Assembly (NCBI RefSeq): GCF_006345805.1
Contig: NC_043013.1
Span: 47,802,001 to 47,866,000 of the forward strand
Source of the DNA: Octopus sinensis
Lineage: Eukaryota
Reading direction: 5' to 3'
DNA length: 64,000 bases
Shown piece by piece: positions 37,016 through 51,214 of this stretch (position 1 is the stretch's first letter; every line of letters begins with the position of its first letter). A program made the position numbers and the translations under genes. The notes beneath the pieces were generated by a model. That model did no database searches. It had not been told where the DNA came from and was given only the letters and a program-made list of their open reading frames with translations.

Positions 37016-37076
<61 letters not shown>

Positions 37077-38289
37077 GCTTGTTTCAGTTCTTAGACTGCA
37101 ACCATGATGCATCAGTACTTCGAAGAATTTTTAGTGGAATGAATCAACCCGTTCCTTTCTTTTTTTTTTTCTTTTTCTAGATCCGGCTCCTATTCTTTCG
37201 GTTTCTTTGCCGAACCGCTAACTTACTGGGGTGTAAACACACTGATACCAGTTGTTAAGCGCTGATGGGAGACAAGCACAGACAAACACACACAGATATA
37301 CAGACAGAGACGCACACCACACACACACACACATACAAACACATATGTTTATGTATATATGTATTATATATAATATGCATAGTATATATGTATATGTATG
37401 TATACATAATATACATAATACAAATATACATAAACATGTGTTTCTTGTGTATTTCTTCATTTATGTTTTTTGTAAAATATTTTTCGCCATTTTTTCCTTA
37501 ATTTTCTTCCCCACCCCCGTCCCTATTCTCGCACCTTTTCTCTGTTGTTCTTTTTTTCATTCCCGCCTGTTTTCATTATTTCAATTTTTTTTTTACTATT
37601 TTTTATAATTACTTTTTCCGTTTTCTTTTTCTCCCTTCCACTTCACCGCCATACGCTTTACATTCCGACACGTGCACGCAGCTCTATCAATTACCCTAAT
37701 CCTTTTTCTCTCCCCTTTTTATTCCTTTCCTCTCTCACTTCTCTACCAACTGCATCTTACACCCACACGTTAACACTTTTTCCACACCCTTTTCCTTCGT
37801 CTTACCTTCTCTTTCACCTCACATTCGAACCCGCTACCACCTCCGCCTTTCCACGCTTTACTTACACACAATACGATTCAACAGACATACCAACTACCCA
37901 CACTGCCACTACCGCCACATCATTACACTTTCACACTCGCATATCCACACCCCCAAGACAAAACACATACACACACCTCGCCACGTACACACAGATCTGT
38001 ACACCTATACATGCTCTCTCATTTCGTACACACCTCTTCTTAATTCTCTCATAAAACCACATTCCCATCTAGCCCCTAATCCTATCATCCATTTTTTTCT
38101 TCAACCACCTTTTTATTTTCTTGTGTCCTTTTATAATTTTCTTCTATAATTTTTCTTTTACAATGAGCCAACATTGTTTCGGAAATGTATACCAAGATCA
38201 CTGACGGCTGAGTATACCGAATCACCAACAGGCTAGAAAGCATCAAAAGTTCGAGTTACAATGGTGCTCCGCAGACACAGGAATGCATT

Positions 38290-38717
38290 GGATCTTTTCG
38301 GTTTGAACGGCAGTTTTTAACATAATTTCTAGGTAACTAAAGAATTTTAAACTTCGTATACTGGTAGAATGTGTTTATAAAACATCTTTTTCTCTTGGCT
38401 TTATTGAGAAAATTCTATAGTTTGTAAGATATTTGTTGGTTTTTTTCTTCAATTTCTGCAATTTCAACCATTAATGACGTCTATGGAGGTAAAAAAAACA
38501 TTCTTGCCGTATGAATATGTCCCTCGTTTAAGAAACAGATTGGGTTTATTTACATTTCTGAAGAAAAAAGATATCCTTCCCTCCACCCCTAACCCTAACC
38601 CTAACCCTAACTCTAAAACAGATTGAAATGCAATAGATCGATACTAGGGTCATAATTATGGGTGACAATTTCATATGACACCGCTAGAAAAAACAGCCGT
38701 TCAAACCGAAAAGATCC
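38290..38717. mobile_element. Second copy (opposite orientation) of the telomeric-repeat MITE
   Basis: TIRs ggatcttttcggtttgaacggc / gccgttcaaaccgaaaagatcc; flanks aatgcatt / aatgcatt; (CCCTAA)n inside. Confidence 0.8.
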
Positions 38718-39874
38718 AATGCATTGTTGTAAGTTGTTGGTTATTGATAAAAATATACATCGCAGCAGTTTAATTTATTGTGCTGACAAAAGGGATTGGA
38801 TAATAACTGACATCTCATTGGCTTGGTTTCGAATTTTTTTGTTTCCCCAGTAAGAGGTCATATTATTGTGAAAGCCGGGAGGGGTGGGAATTGTTTTCTT
38901 TAAATTGAAATTTTGAAAATAATATTTCTCAAAATTGTAATCTTCGTGGAATTTTCTAGAAAGTTTCTTAGAAAATGGTCCTTTCAATGAAGGAACGACT
39001 GGATTAGCTAGAAGATGTATAATTGGTCGCGAGAAACTATTCTCGTATGTTTACCTTATTCTTAAGGTCAACATACAAGAATACGAACTAAAATCCTCAT
39101 ATTTCACAAAGGAATTGATACTAAGCAGCTTACCAAAGAATTTCTACTCAAATCCAAGCAAACAAACGCACGAAGCACAGGATTGCATTTTACATAATTC
39201 TGTAACTATGACACATAAGTAAACTATTCAATTATTTAGTGGTAAAAGTTGTATTAGTTTTGCCAAGTGAAGGATCCGTTAAATATTTACTATTCTACTG
39301 AAATTCTATTCTTGCTTTTTTTAGTTCTGTAAATGCGTTCTCCAGATAAAATATGTTTAGTGAATATAAGCTGACCCCCATAGTTTTCTCTCACCATGGA
39401 ACTGTTATTTCATTAAAGTAGAAATTAGTTTCATTTCAAATTTGTAGAGAAGTCGTTTCTCAAATGATGTAAAAAGAAATTATCGTAGTGCAACAAAGTA
39501 TTGGCGACAGGGGAAGTAAATCAGGAATTTCATTACATACAAAAACACATACAAAACAACAAGACCTCAGTATTTAGTAACAACAGTTACAATTGGGGTT
39601 ACGAGGGAAATAGAATCTGTGCGATCTCCTGAATGGTCAGCAGGAAATGTTTACCAGCTCTCCCTCAAATCATATTCTTACCGTCTTTAAAAAAGGATGG
39701 TTTCGATAATGTGGTCTTGTATCTAAGAAAAAAAACATACTTTAATGTGCACGAATGGAATGTCTTCAAGCATAAGTCTGCTTGTCCAGGCTTGATGGAG
39801 AGGGTTCGACAACAATAACAACGAACATCATTATATCGATAACTACATTAACACAGACGACATCACCGTCGTTT

Positions 39875-39902
39875 TACCATCATCATCACCATCATCATCA
39901 AC

Positions 39903-39951
<49 letters not shown>

Positions 39952-40037
39952 GCCATCACCATCATCACATCATCATCATCATCATCATCATCACCAACAT
40001 CGTCATCAATGTCATCACCATCATCATCACCATCATT

Positions 40038-40068
<31 letters not shown>

Positions 40069-40171
40069 CCATCATCATCATCACAACCACCAGCATTTTA
40101 CTTATTGTTATCACCATCATCATCATCATCACCATAATCATCATCATCATCATCATCATTATCATCATCAT

Positions 40172-40203
<32 letters not shown>

Positions 40204-40313
40204 TCATCGTCACCATCATCACCACCACCATCATCATTGCCATCATCATCAACATCATCATCATCATCACCATCACCACCACCACCACCACCACCACCAT
40301 CATCATCATTGCC

Positions 40314-40345
<32 letters not shown>

Positions 40346-40441
40346 TATCATCACCATCACCATCATCATCACCATCATCATCACCATCATCACAACCACC
40401 AGCATTTCACTTATTGTTATCACCACCATCATTATCATCAT
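39875..40441. repeat. (CAT/CAC)n trinucleotide tract with an internal ~310-bp duplication
   Basis: Unique spacer cacaaccaccagcatt.acttattgttatcacc occurs at ~40082 and ~40390. Confidence 0.9.
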
Positions 40442-40891
40442 TGACAACGCCATCTATCTGACGAGATAGGAACCATGTCTTAAGTCATTATTCCCTGTCT
40501 TTCCACTTTATTCAATCTTTCACTAACTCTGTTTTTTACGGTGTTTCTTTTTTCGTTTTAATTCGCCATTTTGCACCAGATCGGTTATCGCACGCTCACA
40601 CACACACAAACATACACACACATACACACACATACACACACATACACACACATACACACACACACACACACGTACACACACACACACAAACACACCACAC
40701 ACACACACACATACACACACATACACAAACACACACACACACACACACAATACACACACATACACACACATACACACACATACGCGCGTGCACCCACACA
40801 TCCATCTCCACACTACGTTATCTTAACTCTATTTCACTGATTATTTAGCCACCACTTCATTCTCTTCCTCTCTCTCTCCCCAATTCTCCCC

Positions 40892-40989
<98 letters not shown>

Positions 40990-41204
40990 TATCTTTCTTT
41001 CCCGCAACCCTTTGTCCCCAGCCTTCCTCTCTTACTTTTCTCACTCACCTCCCTATCTTCTGAGAATAGGGAGTAAAATAAATTCAATTTAACTTCCATA
41101 TTTTTAATGTTATTGTTAATATTTTAATATATAATTATTTATTTATTTATTTCCATTGATTTAATGTTGCCATTCTTGTTGCTGTTTTCACACACACACA
41201 CACA

Positions 41205-41261
<57 letters not shown>

Positions 41262-41377
41262 CACACACACATACGCATTCACATACACACGCATTCACAC
41301 ACACACGCATGGTTACGCTGTTTGTGTCTTTGCCAGATCAGATGTGTATGTGACCATTGGGGGCGGTATATGCTTGT

Positions 41378-41418
<41 letters not shown>

Positions 41419-42367
41419 TTTGCTTTCATTCTGCTGACAAGGATTTCTTTGCTCCCTCACATGTGTGTGTGTGCTTGTGTGTAATCATGTGTACGAATAC
41501 GTTTATAAATACGTACAAACACACACACTCAAAATCATGTCCACGGAATTGTATATATATGTATATATGTGTGTATGTGTGTGTGTATGAAGATAGATAG
41601 ATAGATACATACATACATACATACATACATACGTACATACATACGTAGACGTAGATATAGATATAGATGTGTGTGTGTTTGTGCGTATGTGTGTGTGTAT
41701 GTGTGTGCTAGTAATTATGTGTTACTACTTGTGTACGTGTTTGAGAGTGTGCACGAAAGCGTGATTCAAATACTGTGCGTACGCCTGTGTCTCCGCAAAA
41801 TGATGTATGGTTATTTATTTGACTGTCAGTTATTTTTTCAAACCGCTTATTGAATCCAAAATATTGATTTTTTTTTCATTTATTTTTTACTCTTCTTTCT
41901 TAATATTTTTCAGTCTTTTCCAACCTTCCTAATAGTGAGAAACACTTCTGCATCTATTTTCAATAATAATTAACCAATGGGTCGTCTTTTTGGCTTTTCT
42001 TTTTCTAATTTTGTGGAAACATTTTTGTGGCCTTTTTACATGTTATCTTTGATAAAAATTTATGTAAAGGGTCTATTTAATATTATTTCTTTCCCTCGCT
42101 TATAACTTATAGTTGATGTCAACTTCACTTTTCAACTAATGTTGCTGCCCCTTTATATGGACATAAACTTCGCTGGAATGAGAGAGAAAAAAAAAATGAA
42201 GTCGGGTAAAGCTGTAGATAAATGTACAAAATATGAATAAAAGGATAAATGTGTAAAGCAGAGAGGAATCTAAGAGAAATAAAAATATTTCAAGATTACA
42301 GACGAAATAGATTACATTGATGTAAAAGCCTGTAAAAATACACAGGAAGAGAAATATACTGATTGTG

Positions 42368-42425
<58 letters not shown>

Positions 42426-43242
42426 TTGAGTTATTAAAACATGGAATATAGGTAAAATTAGGAATTTTTGCTCGTTTTAAATATACTATTTTTACTTCAA
42501 TTTTTTTCCTTCTCCAGTTCGTTTGTTATAAACTGTTTCGCTTGTCTTTAAATCTCAAGTGAATTTGTATCTGTGAGTGTTTATCATCTGAAATAAGAGT
42601 TCTCTATGTTTCGCATCCAGTTTATAATTTATAATTGCTGTGTTTAGGTATAGTTTATTACACGATAACAGCATTTCCCACCATCTCACAAAAAGAAAGA
42701 AAGAAAGAAAGAAAGAAAGAACAAGAAGGGAAACGAAAATAAAAATTAAGTAAAAAGAAATAGGATATGAAAAGTATGAAAAATGAATATAATAATAAAT
42801 AATGAAAAGATACATATCTGAAATGGTGAGGAAAAAGAAATGGATTTTTAAAACAGAAAAAAAAAAGAAGCTCTAGAAAAGAATTGTAGCGAAAATTAGG
42901 CATTGAAAGTGTTGACATTAAAGACATAATTGATAGATTTGATGTAAAAATTGCCCGAATAAAATTGAAGTCGAACCAAAAAAGGGCTCAAATGTATAGA
43001 AAAATATAGGAATATTTGATGTATAATAGCGAAATATATGGTGTGAAATGGATTCCATTGAAAATTGAATCGTAGCTGCGTATTCCATTTCTTCTGAGTT
43101 GCCGGTATTCTATAGCGTTCTTTGAGTAATCTATGGTGTTAGAAAACCAATCTTGAGGTCGTACATTGAATAAAACCATTTATTAACAAAAGTGATTATC
43201 ATATAATAATAACATCGTTGTAACGTAATGTACTAGCAATCA

Positions 43243-43632
43243 GGAGGCGCAATGGCCCAGTGGTTAGGGCAGCGGACTCGCGGTCATAGGATCGCGGTTT
43301 CGATTCCCAAACCGGGCGTTGTGAGTGTTTATTGAGCGAAAACACCTAAAGCTCCACGAGGCTCCGGCAGGGGATGGTGGTGATCCCTGCTGTACTCTTT
43401 CACCACAACTTTCTCTCTCACTCTTACTTCCTGTTTCTGTTGTACTTGTATTTCAAGGGGCCGGCCTTGTCACTCTCTGTGTCACGCTGAATATCCCCGA
43501 GAACTACGTTAAGGGTACACGTGTCTGTGGAGTGCTCAGCCACTTACACGTTAATTTCACGAGCAGGCTGTTCCGTTGATTCGGATCAACCGGAACCCTC
43601 GTCGTCGTAACCGACGAAGTGCTTCCATCCCC
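43243..43632 (+). mobile_element. Young tRNA-headed SINE (same family as 22524)
   Basis: TSD actagcaatca at 43232-43242 and 43633-43643. Confidence 0.9.
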
Positions 43633-44131
43633 ACTAGCAATCAGTAAAATAGACATCAAGTTCCGTGTAGCAACACTGGTTTCAGATTTTGACTGAAGGC
43701 CAGCAATGTTAGGGCCGTAATTATTTTATTGGCGCTAAAAGAATGAAAAGCAAAGTCGACCTCGATGGCATATGAGCTGAGAACGTAGAAAACCGGACGA
43801 CATGTTGCTAAGAATTTTATCCAACGCACAACAGACTAAGCCAGCTCTTGTATGGCAATTATATGAAATGTAGCTCCACCGAGTAAAACAACATTCTCCA
43901 TTGCCTCAGTTTGTTATTTTTTCCCCACACTTTTCTTTCTAACGTGGGCTTCAAAACCGCAATGACACTTTTATAATGCCAGACTAATAAATTGCACCTT
44001 TCACTTTGTTCTCTGTCATGTTCACCGTCACTTAGCACACACATGCATACGCATAGAGAGAAACATATATGTGTATATATATCCATAGGCGTGCATGTGC
44101 AAGCGTGTGTGTGTGATTTATACACACACAA

Positions 44132-44164
<33 letters not shown>

Positions 44165-44165
44165 G

Positions 44166-44330
44166 TGTAAGTTCAAACACAAAAGAGATACCCGAAGAAT
44201 AGGATATCTGACTCGCTAGAAAGAGCGGTTAAAACTCCAAGCCACTGCACTTTCTAGCGATTCAGATATTCTATTCTTCGGGTATCTCTTTTGTGTTTGA
44301 ACGTACACTGTATTCTTCTTTGAATAATAT
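44166..44330. repeat. Fold-back of the 10560 repeat family
   Basis: Arms ~44170-44225 and ~44250-44303 are reverse complements. Confidence 0.85.
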
Positions 44331-44474
44331 ATAGTCTATTGACTAATTTTTTCCTTCTTGCTAGAATTTTCTAATTCATTCGACCACTGGTAACTAAGAA
44401 TTTTTCAATGAATATTCATGCTACCCTTAGATTTTAATTAATGATTATATATATATATATTATAGTTATGTAGG

Positions 44475-44626
44475 CGTTTGGTAAGAAGTTTGCTTCCCAA
44501 CCATATGCTTCTGGATTCAGTCCCACTACTTGGCAGTTTGAGCAAATGTCTGCTACTGTACTTTCGGGCCAACTAAAGCTTTATGAGTAGATTCTGTAGT
44601 CGGAAATTGGAAGAAGCCCCTCGTAC

Positions 44627-44666
<40 letters not shown>

Positions 44667-44667
44667 T

Positions 44668-44700
<33 letters not shown>

Positions 44701-44750
44701 GTATTTATACATACATATATATATATATATAGATATATATATATATATAT

Positions 44751-44814
<64 letters not shown>

Positions 44815-44960
44815 CTTACTTGTGTATGTTTTTGTGTCTATATTTGTCCCTGCAGTAACCAGCCAACGTTTGACAACCGGTGTTGGTGCGTTTACATCTC
44901 CGCAACTAGCGTATCGGCAAAAGGGTACGATAGAATAAGTACCAAGCTTTAAAAAAAGTA
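44475..44960 (+). mobile_element. Diverged CORE-type SINE
   Basis: Head, CORE-like segment and body recognisable around an internal (TA)n. Confidence 0.6.
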
Positions 44961-45030
44961 AGTACCGAAGTAGATTCTGCTTTAGGACTGCCATGTTATG
45001 TTGGCAAACAAAGTTTACTACAAAGTTCTT

Positions 45031-45258
45031 ATTTCTTTATTGCTTACAAGGGGCTAAACACAGAGGGGACAAACAAGGACAGACAAAAGTATTGAGTCGA
45101 TTACATCGACTCCAGTGCGTAACTGGTACTTAATTTATTGACCCCGAAAGGATGAAAGGCAAGTTCGACCTCGACGGAATTTGAACTCAGAACGTAATGG
45201 TAGACGAAATACCGCTAAGCATTTCGCCCGGTGTGCTAACATTTCTGCTAGCTCGCCG
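45031..45258 (-). mobile_element. SINE (abundant family) with TSD
   Basis: tttactacaaagttct on both flanks. Confidence 0.85.
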
Positions 45259-45448
45259 AACTTATCTACAGAACTTTACTACAAAGTTCTGTTGCTGAAT
45301 ATCTTTCGCTGTGAAATTTAAAAATACTAATTTTCTAATTCATTCGACTAAAAATTCTGAATACAGTACACCAATATGACTCCAGGTTAATGGCTGAAAC
45401 CGGTACAAGCTAAAGGATATTTTATATTTATATATATATGTATATATA

Positions 45449-45856
45449 TAAAATTTAGAGGAATGACCTCTAAAGTGGATACCCTTTATGCTAAACATAG
45501 ACGTCAAATCGCCATTACCACGAAGAATGTGTTCTCAAGAAAAATCTCAGCAAAAATCCAAAATGTAAAAATAAGCAAGTCAAATGAAAATATACGAAAT
45601 AAAAAACGATTACTACCATTGGTTTCACTTGTTAATATTTACGTATATGAAAACGTAAATATCTGCAAGATTATCAGCATAGTCTGTCGTTTACATGGAA
45701 ATTATGTTTGTATATTTTCATTTGTCTTGCTTATTTTTACATTTTGTTTTTTTGCTGAGATTTTTCTTGAGAACACATTCTCCGTGGTAATGGCGATTTG
45801 ACGTCTATGTTTATTATAAAGGATGTCCACTTTAGCGGACATTCCTCTAAATTTTG
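45449..45856. mobile_element. MITE with ~135-bp TIRs, TA-flanked
   Basis: aaaatttagaggaatg...gcaagtcaaatgaaaatatac versus its reverse complement at 45712-45855. Confidence 0.75.
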
Positions 45857-46359
45857 TATGTAACACAATTTCTAAATTTCGATTTTTCTTAAATATGCTA
45901 AGTCACTGGTTTTAATTGATTAATATCAATTCCTGCCCTTTTTATTTAATTATATATATATACTACTCAATAAACTGGTAACCACTATAAGCTGTAGTGG
46001 CGAACAGTTCACACGTGTGCTGAGGCTGACCAAAGGATTTCATATTTAGATATATCTGGGGTACTTATATGTACTCATGATTTTTGCCTCGGCTTTTTTC
46101 CATGGGCGCATGTAAGTATTTCATTTATTTCTTTTTTCGTATTTTCTACTGAGGAGGAAAAAATCTATTATGAGATTAATTCCGAAATTGATTCAATATA
46201 GAAATTACGAACTTTTTAAAAATTCTGTTGGCTAGCTTTCCTCGATTCAGCTCTACGTATTTTCTGTAGCGAGTAAATAATATGTGGAAATTGACGATTT
46301 AAAAGTCTGTTATCAACATATTGGCATAGAATAATTTTCTTTACCCCTTGTTTATAAGT

Positions 46360-46398
<39 letters not shown>

Positions 46399-48377
46399 CA
46401 TTCTACATATGTTTATATTATTTGCAATGTGTTGTATGTGAGCGTACTTCTTTGCGTATGTTTTAACGTATATACAATTGCTTTCCTTACTGACCAATAT
46501 ACAGTGAAATGGTTTTTATTTCAAGACATTAGCAAAATAAAATACATTCATGAGTAATGATGACATTACTTGATACTTTGGACAAAAGGAAAATGCAAAA
46601 GATTCATTAGACATTGAAACTTTAATAAAGAATTTAAGACTTCATATGAATGTCATTGCAGCTGCACAGAGAAAAATCTGCATTTTTATTTTATGATTTA
46701 GGCTCGAGTATTTACAAAAGAAGAATTTAAATGTAAAGAAATATAGCAATGCCCAGACGTTTATTTTCTAATGAATAAAATGTAGCTATTCATTGGTTCA
46801 TACAACCCAAGAGTAAATAAGCAAATTGAAGCGAGATTGATCCGTCAAAGTGCGACAATTGCTTTTTTGCACATATTATTATTTAGGGCTAATGGGGAAT
46901 ATGATGATATGTTTATGCGTTTTTAATGCTTATCTGAACTCAGAAAGCTAGTATATAACGGATCTGTGAATCACGTATAGTTAACCCACAACCCCTATCT
47001 ACTTGTAATATATTTGTCCAACCAAAGCTGACCCAGAGTTGACAAGTAACTAATGGGAGATTTGTCTTACCATAGCAAATGGATCCTTCGTCAGTTTCAA
47101 CGATGAGTGTACAAGTTAATCGATTAACTAGGCTATCTACCCTTAGAGTTACTATTTTTTCCATACGCAAATGTATCCTTGATATAGTTTTAAGTCTCAA
47201 GCAGCGTGACACGAGTGCGAAAATTAAATCTAGTCCTTCGAGGAGTACGTAAATCTAATTCAATTTTACGAGCAACACTTGAATCAATCTGATAACATTT
47301 GCCTAAAGCGATGCTCAGCACAAATTTATGATTGCGAGCAAATTTATTAAACATGCGACCTATTTCCACTAATCCATGCCCAGCTGGAGCTAATATATAA
47401 AGTACAAATGAGAAACAACAAAAGTCAGGAGTGTATTTCGATATGAATGAATCAGACGTCTAGAGATCAATTCTATATAGATAATCTATGTCTGTATGTG
47501 CGAGTGTGTGTATGCATATGTTTATTGTTTGCACGTATGTCTATGTGTGTGTGTGTGTGTTTTTCTGTGTGCATGTATTCCTGCGAGTGTACTTTTGTTC
47601 CTCCTCCTTATTAACCCTTCCACCCATCTTTCTCATCATTTTCTGCCATTTTTCAGGATCGCTCGTCACTAACTTTCTCAAGATTGTGTTACAAGATTGC
47701 GTTACAAGGCTTTAAGTGTTCATTTCTGTTAGAATCAGTTACTTATAAGCCATCTAAAGGTTAACTTGACCTGCTAAAATGGCAACTACATCATCCTCGA
47801 TTCGTATACTACCGCTTTAATAACGGAAAGAATACATCGATTCGAGCAGTCCTAGACGAAGAGCTGTGCATGAGTGAAGCATCAATAAGCAACAGCCTAT
47901 AAATATAGCCCAAAATATACAAAAGTGGACTTGATGAAAAAAGTGAGAACAAAATTAAAACACTAACAAAACGGTCTGACATAAACATGTTAATATATTT
48001 TGAGCAGTAACACAATCCACTGTTTCTGTAGTAAACTATTCGCCCATTGAAAATCTTTCGTGTACATGATCAAGCAACAGTGATAGACGACTGGAGCAAA
48101 TCTGACATTCATGAAATAGCTACATCAACTGTATAGATTCAGTAAAATGTGACCTGTGGGTCTGCCATAATATACGTGTGTGTGTGTGTATGTGTATGTG
48201 CGTTTGTGCGTATATGTATTTGTATATATATATATATGTACGTATGTATATATGTATATATATCACATTATATATATATATATATAATGTGATATATAGC
48301 ATGTGATATATAGCATAGCGAGTGACTTGATCTGAGATCGTGTGCTGGAACGAAAACAATTGCAGCGCGGAAGGTGT

Positions 48378-48587
48378 TTATAAGCCATTTAAGAAACACA
48401 CAAAAACCGTTCGATTCACTTCAACATTTAAATTTAATTTGTCAAGTTGGCCTTCCCTATTTTCTTCTTAGTCCTTTCAATGGTATTCCATAACTTGTTC
48501 CTATAGAGTGGGCAATTTTTTGACAAATTAAATTTAAATGTTGAAGTGAATCTAACGGTTTTTGTATGTTTCTTAAATGGCTTATTA
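48378..48587. repeat. Inverted repeat (~68-bp arms) enclosing a ~72-bp piece of Penelope ORF
   Basis: Arms 48378-48445 and 48520-48587; spacer matches 49728-49799. Confidence 0.85.
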
Positions 48588-48639
48588 TATATATATATAT
48601 ACGTTTATATATTCGTTTTGCAACATTCTTGATGTGAAT

Positions 48640-50877
48640 TCGTTTGATGAAACAGATAGTGTTGTATTTGGGGATGGTCATGTTGCCAGTTTGGCCATTA
48701 AAAACACACACACTATATATTTGGTGTTCACTTGCTTCAGCTTTATTTTATATTAATTGCATTTCAGCCAGAGTTCTTTCGTCACACTTCTGTGAACTCA
48801 TCAGTGCTCCTTTGCTTTCTTCTTTCTTTTTTTTGTGTCCTCCATTTTTGTATTCCTGTTGTATGTGTCTTTATTTGCTCATGCGTATATCCCTGTGTAT
48901 GTCTATGTTTAGTAAGTGTGTATGTGTGGGAATGTGTATGGTACCTGCATTATCCCTATCACCTGTTTATTCCCGTCCGTTTGATTATTTATTTTATTCC
49001 TTTGTTTTTATCGACTTTCTTTTCTATTTATTTCTTTTTTGCATTAATTTAATTTAATCTATTATATTTTGTTTGTGTGTATAATTATTTAATTCCATTT
49101 ATCTGTCTAGTGTATTAGTTTCATATTATTATTAGTTTATTGGGATCTTATTCTGTCATGGTGTGATGAGGGTTGTGTGCTACTTTTCCATTCTAGTTTT
49201 CTATTTAGGCTACGCTTATCTTCTATTATGTGTGTAGCTTCCGTAATTTGTCTAAGCGTTGCGTCCGTTCTATGTGTGGACAAGATTTTTAACCTCTATG
49301 TTGTTGACTGAGCCCCCATGTTCCTGCTCGGCGTGCTGGTATAGAACCGATGAGCTCTTCTTTTCCTTAAGTTCCCTCCAATGTTCACTTACCTGTTCTC
49401 CTCTGCTCCGTGTTGTCTCCCTTACGTACGAAATTTTTCTTGTTTCTGCACCGTCCCGCTGTACATCTCATACTATAGACAAAATTCCTAGCTTTACAGT
49501 TTGTTTGTGGGCTAAATCTACATACAGTACAGTTCCTATCAGTACCGGGGGTTCTACTAAAACTAGATTCTACCGATTAGGGATTTGATAGGGTTGCCTG
49601 GCCTTTCTACAACCATAATAGTTAGCTTCAGTTTGTCTAGGGCCCTTCAAAAGCGGTACGCCAGTTCGCCTCTATGGGTGATGTCGATGAACATGACACT
49701 CTGGTATTTGTGGCTATCATACCATGAGTTGGTCTTCCCTACTTTCTTCTTAGTCCTTTCAATGGTATTCCATGACTTGCTCCTATAGAGTTGGCAAATC
49801 CCATTCCTAACGTTTCGTATGATAGTTTCAAATTTCCTCATGGCTCCTTTATATACTCTGATCCTTTCTCTACACCTGTATCCTGAGAACTGCATGCGGT
49901 GAACGAATGTTGTATGCCTCTCCTTAATTCTGTAGGGTCGCACATGCGGGATACATTTCTCATTATTCTGATGAGGTCTGCTGTCAATATACTGAATTTG
50001 GCATTGTCCAAGATAGCGGTGTTCCGGTGGATCAGGTATTTGGAAGCCATAGGTTTGGCATAGAGTGAATGAAGGATTTGGGTTGTATTATTCACAGTTT
50101 CCGGCCAGAGTTTTGTATCGAGTATTGGTAGTCTATGTTTAGGGTGTTGCATAGTTTAGTCTATCGTGACTCTATTACTCTGGTGGATGGAGTTAGCTAT
50201 TTGCTGGATGCTCTCTATAGTATTTAAGGGTACTCTCTTGTGGGGTGCCTTTAGCATTATGTTGATATCATCGACATAGTGAGAGTACATGTTCATGAAT
50301 ATGGAGTTCTGTGCTAGGCGTTCTTTAATCCTCCTGTCCCACCATACCATGAAAAGGTTGGCCACAGCACGGCGATGCTAATCCCGATGGCCGCCCCCTC
50401 ATCCCGGGCGTATATTTTGTTGTTAAACTTAAATGTGTGGCCCTTTAGGGTAACTCTTATATTAGCTCCTAGTGCATGTGCGATCATTTTCTTTCCTTGA
50501 TATTGGTTTCCGGAGGGTCCGCATGGCTCTAGTCCATCCGCTCCATCTCTATATAGGTGGTCTTCTTAGCAATAGCTGTAATTGTAGGGAGTCTGCTTCT
50601 TAAACGTCTACTGGGGCAGAAACTTTTAAGGTCATATTTTTCTAGATATTCATTATAAACAAAATATAATAAATTTAATTTATACAAAAAATAATGAAAG
50701 GAAAGAGTAAGTAGATAAAAACATGAATAAAATAAATGATTAAATTAATGTGAATAAACTGAGGATACTCATAATGCAGGTACCATACACATTCCCTCAC
50801 ACACACTTAATAAACATAGACACACACAGGGATATATGCATGCGCAAATAAAGACACAAAAACAGGAATACAAAATG
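48640..50877 (-). mobile_element. Penelope-like element, 5'-truncated: RT + GIY-YIG ORF relic (49139-50590), downstream pLTR (48640-49130) and inverted partial pLTR (50615-50877)
   Basis: YSHYVDDI, LPILDTKL, YAKPMASKYLIH, Cys linker NCTVC..CKARNFVYSMRC, YVRETTRS..EH, RQITEA..LNRKLEW; 50615-50877 is the reverse complement of ~48850-49075. Confidence 0.9.
48766..48810 (-). ncRNA. Hammerhead motif in the Penelope pLTR
   Basis: Reverse complement: GGAGCA-CTGATGA-GTTCAC(agaagt)GTGAC-GAAA-G(aa)CTC-TGGCT; canonical core, weak stem I in this copy. Confidence 0.6.
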
Positions 50878-51024
50878 GCCGAGTGTTGAAAATCTTCGAT
50901 CTTACTAGCCAAGTATTACGAGATGAAAATTGGTCTACAAGATAATAAATGAAGAGATTAGAGGGGGAGACACGGAAATCAACGAACCATCACGCACTCA
51001 CACACCCACACACTCTACACTAAC

Positions 51025-51205
51025 GTAAAACAAACTGTAAAGCTAGGAATTTTGTCTATACTCTGGTGGATGGAGTTAGCTATTTGCTGGATGCTCTCTA
51101 TAGAATTAGTTTCTACTTCTATTTTAAGGGTACTCTCTTGTGGGGTGCCTTTAGCATTATGTTGATATCATCGACATAGCGAGAGTACATGTTCATGAAT
51201 ATGAG
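51025..51205. repeat. Scrambled duplicates of Penelope ORF pieces
   Basis: ~51028-51060 is the reverse complement of ~49476-49510; 51061-51205 is a direct copy of ~50178-50305. Confidence 0.8.
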
Positions 51206-51214
51206 CTCTTCTTT

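Noticed and set aside
39782-40444. 220-aa poly-His ORF suggesting a histidine-rich structural protein
   Set aside because: It is a (CAT/CAC)n tract open in several frames with no signal peptide or Gly/Ala motif; best explained as a microsatellite.
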